Shown here piece by piece: positions 1 through 8,171 of a stretch of DNA of 64,000 bases. Source of the stretch: Elusimicrobiota bacterium (lineage in GTDB: Bacteria > Elusimicrobiota > Elusimicrobia > Elusimicrobiales > UBA9959); contig JAAYVI010000117.1 in the NCBI GenBank assembly GCA_012517235.1, positions 1 through 64,000 on the forward strand. The letters are read 5' to 3'. How positions within the stretch are numbered: position 1 is the stretch's first letter; every line of letters begins with the position of its first letter. Both the position numbers and the translations under genes were made by a program. Below the pieces are notes generated by a model. That model searched no databases. It saw only the letters and a list, made by a program, of their open reading frames with translations, and was not told the origin of the DNA.

Positions 1-7
1 AAATGAA

Positions 8-571
8 ATGTTAATAGGCGAATATTATTATTCTAAAGTAAGAGGCGATTATTCTTATGTGGATAATGGTCCGCTTTTTTTAGATCCCGGAGAAGATTAC
101 AAATTATGGTTTGAATATAATTATCCCGAGAATAGCGATAAATGGCCTAAGGATGCCGAGACGAGCTTTGAAAGCGATGTTAAGACGGATAAATGGGATT
201 TAGTGCATAAAGGGGATTTATTAAGAAGCGGTAATCCCGTATATCTTGCGATTAAATACGCGGAAGGCGATAAAGAAGGCAAGAAAGTTATATTTTTAAA
301 TAAGTTAAAGTTAATGGAATATGTCAGTAATAAGTGGAAAGAACGAGTTTTTATAGGCGATAGCGGAAGGATGGATGGCAAGGAAATAGAGATTAATTAT
401 TCCGGTATACCCGCAAGATATGAAGATGTAATATTTACAATTAACAAAAACAAAAGCGAAGACGAACTAAATATACATCTGTCAAGCGAAGGGATTCAAG
501 GCGAGATAAGATATTATTATAAGAGTAAAGAATTTGAATTTATTTCCGCCTCCGATTTTGCCGGCGAATAA
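8..571 (+). CDS. hypothetical soluble protein, possibly 5'-truncated by the window edge
   Basis: ORF open to the window start; Tyr/Asp/Glu/Lys-rich; no motif I recognise. Confidence 0.35.
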   Translation: MLIGEYYYSKVRGDYSYVDNGPLFLDPGEDYKLWFEYNYPENSDKWPKDAETSFESDVKTDKWDLVHKGDLLRSGNPVYLAIKYAEGDKEGKKVIFLNKLKLMEYVSNKWKERVFIGDSGRMDGKEIEINYSGIPARYEDVIFTINKNKSEDELNIHLSSEGIQGEIRYYYKSKEFEFISASDFAGE

Positions 572-765
572 ATATATTAAATTTTGCGACAAATAAGAAC
601 GTATTGAAAGGAAAAAGCAATGTTTCGTTGGAGGAGGCCGTCCGTGAGAAGATCCTACCTCTAAAAATTGTGTAAAAGTTTATATTAAACTATCTTAATT
701 TTGAATATTAAAGCAAGTATTTGCCTTATTTCGTATAAATATTATCTAATTCACGGTTAGTTAAT

Positions 766-794
766 TTGCCACATAATAATCAAAGAGTTATAAT
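766..794 (+). promoter_or_regulatory. sigma70-like promoter TTGCCA-N17-TATAAT about 40 nt upstream of the first gene of the complex-I-like operon
   Basis: TTGCCA at 766-771, 17-nt spacer, TATAAT at 789-794, read directly from the sequence. Confidence 0.4.
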
Positions 795-833
795 AAACTT
801 ATAAGGTTTTTTGAAAGTATTCGGATTTAATAT

Positions 834-2753
834 ATGATAATCATCCTGCTTGTCTGCGTTTTGTTTTTATCTTTTTCCTTTTTAAATTTATTTTTATCTT
901 CATATTCGAATATAAACAAAATTAATTCTTTTTTTTCTTTTTTACTTTCGGCGGCCGGATTATTTGCCTGCGCGGCGGGATTAATTTCTCAGGGCTCTTT
1001 TTTACCTTTTAAATCGCAATTTATAAATAATTATTTTTATTTCGATTATCTTTCTCATTTTTTTCTTTTGATTTTTTATATTTCTCTGTCCGCCGTTTCG
1101 CTTTATTCCGCTGGCTATTTAAAGAAAACGGAAGGAAAAAAATCTTTGAATTTCTTTTGGTTTAATTTTTATCTTCTCGCTTTTTCCATGCAGGCCGCTT
1201 TGATTTCTAAAAATTCGGTTTTATTTATTCTTTTCTGGGAATTGATGGCTTTTTCTTCTTTCTTTTTGGTTATGACAGATTTCCATAAAAAAGAAGTGCG
1301 TAAGGCAGGATTTATATATATGTGCGCAAACGGAGCCGGCGCCTTAATTTTGATAGCGGCTTTTTCTCTCTATTCCGATTCTTATTATAACTTTTCGGTC
1401 TCCTCTTATCCTTCCGCCGTTTTTTTTATGACTTTAATCGGATTCGGACTTAAAGCGGGTTTTATTCCTCTTCATATTTGGCTCCCCGAAGCTCATCCGG
1501 CCGCTCCGGGAAATATATCGGCTCTTATGAGCGGAATGATGATAAAAATGGGCATATACGGAATTTTAAGGACTCTTTCCCTGCTTTCTCCATGGAAAGA
1601 ATCCTGGGGCTGGACGATACTGATATTGGGCTCGCTCTCGGCGGTTTTGGGGATAATATTTTCTTTAGGTCAAAAAGAACTTAAGAAATTTTTGGCTTAT
1701 TCCAGCGTGGAAAACATAGGCATAATCTTAATTGCCCTGGGTTTGGCGATACTTCTCAATTGCAACGGATACTACGAATTATCCGTTATCGCTTTATTCG
1801 CGTCTTTATTTCACATTTTTAATCATTCTATTTTTAAAAATCTGCTTTTCATGTCCGCCGGGGCAATAGCTCAATCCGCCTCTACTTTGATTTTTGAGGA
1901 ATTGGGAGGTTTATCTAAAAAAATGCCTTATACGGCTTTTCTTTTTTTTATAGGCGCCTCCGCAGCCTCCGGATTGCCTTTGTTTAACGGCTTTGCCGGA
2001 GAGTTTTTGATTTATTACGTATCTTTTTCGTCTATAGGATTTAAAAGCGGAACTTTTTCGGTTTTTGCAGTATTATCCGTTTCCCTGACCGGCGCTTTGG
2101 CTCTGGCTTCTTTTGCCAAAATTTTTTCCGCGCTTTTCCATGGCGGATTAAAAAATGAAAATCATAGCGATATAAAAGACCCTTCTTTATATATGCTTTT
2201 GCCGATGGGATTTTTAGCTTTTATGTCTTTACTTGCCGGATTAATTCCATATTTGCCGTTTAAATTACTTTTTTCAAGTTTTAATTTCGCTTTTACTCAA
2301 AGCTCTCAATGGATATCGGTATCCAAATATTTACTTATGACTACTTGCTCTTACTGCGCTTTGATAATGTTTTTTTTAGCTTTTTATTATATGAGAAAAA
2401 GAATTTCCAAAGAAAACGAAACGAAAGAAGGAATTACATGGGATTGCGGATACGGCACTTCGTTACCTTCGGCAAAATACAGCGCCGCTTCTTTTTCTCA
2501 GCCCATAACCGAATTTTTTTCTTTTGACGGACAACGCTCTCGTTCTTATCCTAAAATTTTGGAATATTTCCCGAAAAGCGCTTTTTATTCGGGCAATACG
2601 AGAGCCGTATTCTACGAACTTTTTTACGCTCCGGCCGCTAAAAAAATCAAAAAAGCGGCTTCCCGCCTGTCGTTCATACAAAGCGGTCAGCTTAGATTCT
2701 ATATTTTGTATATATTTTTGACCTTGGCGGCTTTGCTTATATGGAAAATATAA
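834..2753 (+). CDS. NuoL/HyfB-like antiporter-type membrane subunit (hydrogenase-4 component B / FHL subunit 3 family)
   Basis: 639 aa polytopic protein; GFGLKAGFIPLHIWLPEAHPAAP...MSGMMIKMGIYGILR is the NuoL/HyfB signature. Confidence 0.85.
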   Translation: MIIILLVCVLFLSFSFLNLFLSSYSNINKINSFFSFLLSAAGLFACAAGLISQGSFLPFKSQFINNYFYFDYLSHFFLLIFYISLSAVSLYSAGYLKKTEGKKSLNFFWFNFYLLAFSMQAALISKNSVLFILFWELMAFSSFFLVMTDFHKKEVRKAGFIYMCANGAGALILIAAFSLYSDSYYNFSVSSYPSAVFFMTLIGFGLKAGFIPLHIWLPEAHPAAPGNISALMSGMMIKMGIYGILRTLSLLSPWKESWGWTILILGSLSAVLGIIFSLGQKELKKFLAYSSVENIGIILIALGLAILLNCNGYYELSVIALFASLFHIFNHSIFKNLLFMSAGAIAQSASTLIFEELGGLSKKMPYTAFLFFIGASAASGLPLFNGFAGEFLIYYVSFSSIGFKSGTFSVFAVLSVSLTGALALASFAKIFSALFHGGLKNENHSDIKDPSLYMLLPMGFLAFMSLLAGLIPYLPFKLLFSSFNFAFTQSSQWISVSKYLLMTTCSYCALIMFFLAFYYMRKRISKENETKEGITWDCGYGTSLPSAKYSAASFSQPITEFFSFDGQRSRSYPKILEYFPKSAFYSGNTRAVFYELFYAPAAKKIKKAASRLSFIQSGQLRFYILYIFLTLAALLIWKI

Positions 2754-3661
2754 AGATTTTTTTTCAAATACTCGTAATTTTTTCTCTGGCGCCTATTTTG
2801 CCGGGGATAATAAACAGAGTAAAAGCAAAATTTGCGGGAAGGCAAGGGAGAAGTATTTTTCAGCTATATTTCGATCTTTATAAGCTGATAAACAGAGGTA
2901 TGGTTTATCCGAAAGTTTCGGGGATTATTTTCAAGATGGCCGCTCCGTCGGTATTGGCTTTTACCGCCGCGTCGGCCGTAATTATGCCTTTTGGCGGTCA
3001 AAGCGGTTTATTGAGTTTTTCGGGAGATTTTCTTTTAATAGCTTATTTTTTGGCTTTTTCGAGATTTTTGTTAATTCTTTCGGCCATGGATACTTCTTCG
3101 GCTTTCGAAGGTATGGGGGCTTCCAGAGAAGCTCAATTCGCGGTATTTGCCGAGCCAGTTTTTTTTATGTCTATGCTGACTCTTTCGAGAATTACCGGGG
3201 AAACTTCCGTATACGGAATATTTTCAAAATTAAGTCCGGATTTATGGATACAAAACGCTCCGGTACTATCTTTAATAACGGGTTCTCTTTTCATCCTTCT
3301 TCTTTGCGAATCTTCCAGAGTTCCTTTCGACGATCCCGATACTCATCTGGAACTGACTATGATACATGAGGTTATGATACTGGATAATTCCGGAACCGAT
3401 CTGGCTTTTATGCTTTATGCTTCTTATTTAAAATTCTGGATCTATGCCTCTTTCGTATCCGCAATAATACTTCCGAGACACAGCGATTTTTTCTTTTCCG
3501 ATTCTTTTATATATATGAGCGGCCTATTTTTTACTTCCGTTGCCGCCGGAGTAACCGAATCGATAATGGCAAGAGTTCGTCTTTTGAGAGTACCTCAATT
3601 TTTGCTTGCGGCATTTTCGATTTCGGTAATGGCTTTTGTTTTTCAGGCCGTTAAAGGATGA
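2741..3661 (+). CDS. NuoH/HycD-like membrane subunit
   Basis: 306 aa and multi-TM; size and hydropathy match HycD/NuoH; overlaps the upstream gene by 13 nt. Confidence 0.75.
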   Translation: MENIKIFFQILVIFSLAPILPGIINRVKAKFAGRQGRSIFQLYFDLYKLINRGMVYPKVSGIIFKMAAPSVLAFTAASAVIMPFGGQSGLLSFSGDFLLIAYFLAFSRFLLILSAMDTSSAFEGMGASREAQFAVFAEPVFFMSMLTLSRITGETSVYGIFSKLSPDLWIQNAPVLSLITGSLFILLLCESSRVPFDDPDTHLELTMIHEVMILDNSGTDLAFMLYASYLKFWIYASFVSAIILPRHSDFFFSDSFIYMSGLFFTSVAAGVTESIMARVRLLRVPQFLLAAFSISVMAFVFQAVKG

Positions 3662-4326
3662 ATATGCATATAATATCTCAATTTCTCATTCTTGCGGTAA
3701 TTTTTTGCGACTTCTTTCTGCTTTCGTCTTACTCCACTTTTGAGCTTGTAAAATTTGCCGCCTTGCAGGGCGTTCTTACCGCTCTTTTGCCTTTGATGGC
3801 CGCCGAACATTTTGCGGCCGAAGGGATAGCTTTTGCTTTGTCGGTAATATTGCTTAAGGGATTTTTTTTCCCTTTTGTGCTTAGAAAATTGATAGTAAAA
3901 AATAATGCCTATGAAGAAAAGAAACGCGAATATTCGGGAGCTCTTTCCATAGCGGTTTATCTTTTCGTGTTTTTTGTATCGGTTTGGCTTTCTATTAAGT
4001 TAGATTTGGAAGTTAAAAGTCTGTCATGGATAATACCGGCTTCTTTTATGACCATATTTTCCGGTTTATTTTTAATAATACTTCGAACTCAAACCGTTTC
4101 TCAAATAGTGGGCTATATGGTTTTGGAAAACGGTATTTATTGTTTCGGCTCCGCCGTCTTTGTTCAACAGCCGCTTATGGTGGAAGCCGCTATATTGCTC
4201 GACATTTTTGTGGCGGTCTTTGTAATGGGAATGGCCGTTTTCCACATAGGCAAAGAATTTAATAATTCCGACAGCGAAAATTTGAACGAATTAAGAGAGG
4301 AAACGGGACAGGAGGCCGATATATGA
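3658..4326 (+). CDS. HyfE-like small membrane subunit (NuoK-like C-terminus)
   Basis: 222 aa membrane protein; intramembrane Glu in GYMVLENGIYCFG; 4-nt overlaps on both sides. Confidence 0.6.
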   Translation: MNMHIISQFLILAVIFCDFFLLSSYSTFELVKFAALQGVLTALLPLMAAEHFAAEGIAFALSVILLKGFFFPFVLRKLIVKNNAYEEKKREYSGALSIAVYLFVFFVSVWLSIKLDLEVKSLSWIIPASFMTIFSGLFLIILRTQTVSQIVGYMVLENGIYCFGSAVFVQQPLMVEAAILLDIFVAVFVMGMAVFHIGKEFNNSDSENLNELREETGQEADI

Positions 4327-5843
4327 GCTTCCTGTCTTCTTTTTTATATTTTTACGGCGCCGATAATTTCAAAGAACTTTCTTTATTTTTAATTTTAATG
4401 CCGACGGTTTTAGGCATATTGTCATTTTTGGTAAGTTCAAACGCTCAAAGACGTTCGATAATCTTCATAGGAAGTATTTTCCATTTTTTGATTACGGGAA
4501 TTTTAGTTCTTACTTTGGCAAATAGAGATTTATATGCCGTATCTAATTTTCCCGTTTTAATATTGAACTCATTTTCCGGCAATATTGAAAATGCCGTATT
4601 TTTAAGCGTAGTTTCGCTTCTGTTTTCGGGAGCTTCTTTTTATTCTTTGAAATATCTTAAATTGGAAGAAAAGAATATTAGAAAAGACGACGAGGGTTTT
4701 TTGATAAACGACGAACCAGAAGCTGTTTTTACCGGATTTATGATGTTCTTTCTTTCCGCTATGACTTTGGTATGCTTTTCCGCTCATATGGGTCTTCTTT
4801 GGGCTGCGGTTGAGGCGACCACGCTTTTTTCGGCGCCTTTGATATATTTTCATAGAAGCAGGAGATCTTTGGAAGCCACCTGGAAATATTTGGTTGTTTG
4901 TTCGGTAGGTATAGCCATAGCATTGCTGGGAACTTTTTTTCTTTCTCTCTCAGGCGGAAAAAGCGGAGGATCTTTGTATTTTTACGATATTATTTCTCAA
5001 GCTAAAAATTTTAATCCTTTGTGGCTAAAACTTTCTTTTATCTTTTTCTTCGTAGGTTACGGCACTAAAATGGGCCTGGCTCCTTTGCATACTTGGCTTC
5101 CGGACGCTCACAGCGAAGCTCCTTCCGTAGTTTCCGCTCTTTTATCGGGAGCGCTTCTAAACTGCGCCTTTTTAGGGATATGGAAGTCTTACTCTTTTAT
5201 GCGTATCGGCGGTTTGGGCGAATTTTCTTCTTCAATAATGATTTTTTTCGGAATATTTACCGTTTTTATTTCCGCTCTTTTTATCTTAAATCAAAAGGAA
5301 TATAAGAGAGCTTTGGCTTATTCCAGCGTGGAAAATATGGGGCTTATGTGTCTGCTTTTGGGTATTTCTTTTTATGTCGGCAGAGAAGCGGAAAAACTTG
5401 TTTTTTTAAGCGCGATAGGGCATTCTTTGATCAAATCCGGCATGTTTTTTATAGCCGGCATGGTTTTGTTTTACTATAAAAGTAAAAAGTACGCCGAAGT
5501 CGGACCCATGTTTTCCAAAACGCCTTTCACCGCGGGCATGTGGTTTTTAGGATTTATTCTTTTATCCGGAGCTCCGCCTTCTCCGTTGTTTTTCCCGAAA
5601 CTTTTCATATTCAAATTTATGCTTTTAGGAGGAAAATATTTTATTTCCGCTTTGATGATTTTTTTGTTTATTATCATATTTGCCGGTCTTGGAAAAATAT
5701 TTTATGAAACGATTTTTTCGGGAGCTAATAATCTGCAGGAAATTAAGGAAGATAAAACGATATTATTTCCGTCGCTATCGTTTTTTTCTATTTCTATTTT
5801 TATTTTTTTTGCGTTTTTTTATTTTTCTCGAGGAATAAAATGA
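4323..5843 (+). CDS. NuoN/NuoM/HyfF-like antiporter-type membrane subunit
   Basis: 506 aa; GLAPLHTWLPDAHSEAPSVVSALLSG motif. Confidence 0.85.
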   Translation: MSFLSSFLYFYGADNFKELSLFLILMPTVLGILSFLVSSNAQRRSIIFIGSIFHFLITGILVLTLANRDLYAVSNFPVLILNSFSGNIENAVFLSVVSLLFSGASFYSLKYLKLEEKNIRKDDEGFLINDEPEAVFTGFMMFFLSAMTLVCFSAHMGLLWAAVEATTLFSAPLIYFHRSRRSLEATWKYLVVCSVGIAIALLGTFFLSLSGGKSGGSLYFYDIISQAKNFNPLWLKLSFIFFFVGYGTKMGLAPLHTWLPDAHSEAPSVVSALLSGALLNCAFLGIWKSYSFMRIGGLGEFSSSIMIFFGIFTVFISALFILNQKEYKRALAYSSVENMGLMCLLLGISFYVGREAEKLVFLSAIGHSLIKSGMFFIAGMVLFYYKSKKYAEVGPMFSKTPFTAGMWFLGFILLSGAPPSPLFFPKLFIFKFMLLGGKYFISALMIFLFIIIFAGLGKIFYETIFSGANNLQEIKEDKTILFPSLSFFSISIFIFFAFFYFSRGIK

Positions 5844-7285
5844 AAGATTTTATAACGGGAAATTTGGAAGAAATAGAGTTTTTAGACAGAGATGTTTTTG
5901 TAAAAAGACTATCCGGAGAACTTTCTTTGGGCGCGGGAGTCCTTTCTTATTTTTCGGTTAAGTATAAAGAAGGAATTAAACTTTTTGTGTTTTTACTAAA
6001 AAAATCCGGAGAAATAGAGTTTTTTTCATGTAAAGCCGATAGTAAGATGCCTTCTTTGACTCCTTTCTATCCGCAGCTTCATCTTTTTGAGAGAGAAATA
6101 TCGGAAAAGACCGGAATTATTTTCGAGGGCCATCCTTTGCCAAATCCCGTAAGATACGAAAACGGTCTTACGGCCTCTTCCGGCTCATATTTCAAAGTAC
6201 AAGGAAACGAAATTCACGAAGTGGCCGTCGGGCCCGTTCATGCGGGCGTAATAGAGCCCGGACATTTTAGATTTCAATGTTTGGGCGAAAACGTATTTCA
6301 TTTGCAGATAGAATTGGGCTATCAGCATAGAGGCATAGAAAATGCGGTTATCTCCGTAGATAAAAAAAGAATGCTTCCTATGATAGAGACCGCGGCCGGA
6401 GACACTTCCATAGGCCATGCCTGGACTTACGCAAAAATAACCGAAGCGCTTTGCGAAGTTCAAATATCTAAGAGAGCTTCTTTTTTGAGAGGCGCTGCTT
6501 TGGAACTCGAAAGATTGGCAAATCATATAGGAGACTTAGGCGCGCTTAGCGGAGACGTCGCATATTTGCCTACCGCAAATTTTTGCGGAAGAATAAGAGG
6601 CGAAATATTAAATATTACCGCTTTGCTCTGCGGAAACAGATTCGGAAGAAATTTTATAATTCCGGGAGGAGTGGAGTATGACGTCGACGATAAACTTATA
6701 AAAGAGATAATGTCTCGCTTAGATTCGGCTTACGAAGACGCCGTTTCCGCCATATCTCTTTTATGGGAAAGAAAAACCGTTTTGGACAGATTTGAAAAAA
6801 CGGGAATCGTTTCTTTGGAAAAAGCTTTAAAACTCAGACTTGTCGGTCCCGCGGGAAGGGCCAGCGGAATAGACTGCGATTTAAGAAAAATATTCAAAAG
6901 CGAGCCTTACGAAGATTTTGAAAGCGAACCTTTGACTCTTAACGGAGATGTCTTTTCCAGAGCGTATATTAGATGGATGGAAATAAAAAAATCTTATAAA
7001 TTAATCAAAAATTGGCTTTCGAGATTGCCGCAAGGCGAAATAACTTTGGAAATAGGGCCGTTTAAGAAAAATTCTTTCGCTTTGGCTTTGACCGAAGGGT
7101 GGCGCGGAGAAATATGCCACGTATGTTTTACCGACGATAAAGGAGAAATATCTTTTTACAAAATAAAAGATCCTTCTTTTCATAATTGGCAGGGTCTTGC
7201 TATGGCTTTGAGGAACGCTCAAATTTCCGATTTTCCGCTTTGTAATAAGAGTTTTAATTTGTCTTATTGCGGACACGATTTATGA
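5840..7285 (+). CDS. fused NuoC-NuoD / HycE-like large subunit lacking the canonical [NiFe]-binding cysteine motifs
   Basis: N-terminal NuoC motif (EREISEKTGIIFEGHP); NuoD/large-subunit core (GPVHAGVIEPGHFRF, YQHRGIE); ETAAGDTSIGHAWTY sits where RxCGxCxxxH is expected; the C-terminus ...DFPLCNKSFNLSYCGHDL has no DPCxxC. Confidence 0.8.
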   Translation: MKDFITGNLEEIEFLDRDVFVKRLSGELSLGAGVLSYFSVKYKEGIKLFVFLLKKSGEIEFFSCKADSKMPSLTPFYPQLHLFEREISEKTGIIFEGHPLPNPVRYENGLTASSGSYFKVQGNEIHEVAVGPVHAGVIEPGHFRFQCLGENVFHLQIELGYQHRGIENAVISVDKKRMLPMIETAAGDTSIGHAWTYAKITEALCEVQISKRASFLRGAALELERLANHIGDLGALSGDVAYLPTANFCGRIRGEILNITALLCGNRFGRNFIIPGGVEYDVDDKLIKEIMSRLDSAYEDAVSAISLLWERKTVLDRFEKTGIVSLEKALKLRLVGPAGRASGIDCDLRKIFKSEPYEDFESEPLTLNGDVFSRAYIRWMEIKKSYKLIKNWLSRLPQGEITLEIGPFKKNSFALALTEGWRGEICHVCFTDDKGEISFYKIKDPSFHNWQGLAMALRNAQISDFPLCNKSFNLSYCGHDL

Positions 7286-7292
7286 GGAGAAA

Positions 7293-8048
7293 ATGATAAA
7301 AGAAATATTGGCCAGAATAAAACAAGGATATAGGACTTTGCCTTTTCCTTTTGAAAAAATAAAATTATCTGAAAGGTATAAAGGATATCCCAAATTGGAT
7401 TTTTCAAATTTGAAAGAAAGCGAAATAGAAGAGCTTTTATCGGTTTGTCCCAACTCATGTATTTATAAGGATGCGGGAAAAATAAATTTAGACTTAGGCA
7501 ATTGCACTTTTTGCGCTATTTGCGAAAAAAAATTACCTCAAGCCGTCAAATTTTCAAAAGACTGGTCTATGGCTTTTTCTTCCAGAGAGGACTTGATTTT
7601 ATCTCAAGATACTAAGAAAAAATCATATGTTCTAAGAGAAGAAATAAGAAAACTTTTCGGCCGTTCATTAAGGCTCAGACAGGTAAGCGCAGGCGGATGC
7701 AATGCCTGCGAAGCCGATTGCAATGTTCTGGGAACTCCCGCTTTCGATATGGGCAGATTCGGCATACAATTTGTAGCTTCTCCGAGACATGCCGACGGAA
7801 TTTTGATAACCGGTCCCGTAAGCGAAAATATGTATACCGCTTTGATAAAGACATATCGGGCCGTGCCGGATCCGAAAATAGCCATAGCGGTAGGCGCATG
7901 CGCCATAGGCGGCGGAATTTATAGGAATTTGCCGAAAGTCAAAGGCATATCGGAGGAAATAAATATAGATCTTTATATTCCCGGATGTCCGCCCAATCCC
8001 ATTACCATTCTCGACGCCCTTTTGCGCTTTATCGGAAGAATAAAATAA
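7293..8048 (+). CDS. ferredoxin-like N-terminal domain fused to a NuoB/HycG-like small subunit
   Basis: N-terminal CPNSC...CTFCAIC; C-terminal GGCNACEAD, GACAIGGG and PGCPPNP, which are the [4Fe-4S] ligands of NuoB and hydrogenase small subunits. Confidence 0.8.
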   Translation: MIKEILARIKQGYRTLPFPFEKIKLSERYKGYPKLDFSNLKESEIEELLSVCPNSCIYKDAGKINLDLGNCTFCAICEKKLPQAVKFSKDWSMAFSSREDLILSQDTKKKSYVLREEIRKLFGRSLRLRQVSAGGCNACEADCNVLGTPAFDMGRFGIQFVASPRHADGILITGPVSENMYTALIKTYRAVPDPKIAIAVGACAIGGGIYRNLPKVKGISEEINIDLYIPGCPPNPITILDALLRFIGRIK

Positions 8049-8171
8049 TATTGTTTTCGCGGTTATATTAAATTGGATAATTTATTATTGATTATGGTTT
8101 ATCTTTTATTTACAAAACTATTAGAGCTATCTTGAATAATGTATAATATTTTTTACTAAGGGGAAGAATTT

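Noticed and set aside
1478-2721. several 60-80-aa ORFs in alternative frames within the NuoL-like gene (1478-1684, 2309-2527, 2463-2681, 2524-2721)
   Set aside because: They are nested in a large, motif-supported membrane-protein CDS. Their products are Arg/Phe-rich and low-complexity, typical of off-frame translation of AT-rich coding DNA.
8049-8171. promoter for the 749-aa secreted-protein gene (TGTATAAT at about 8140)
   Set aside because: A TATAAT is present, but I could not find a -35 at the right spacing (the TTGAAT is only 4 nt away), so I did not list it as a feature.
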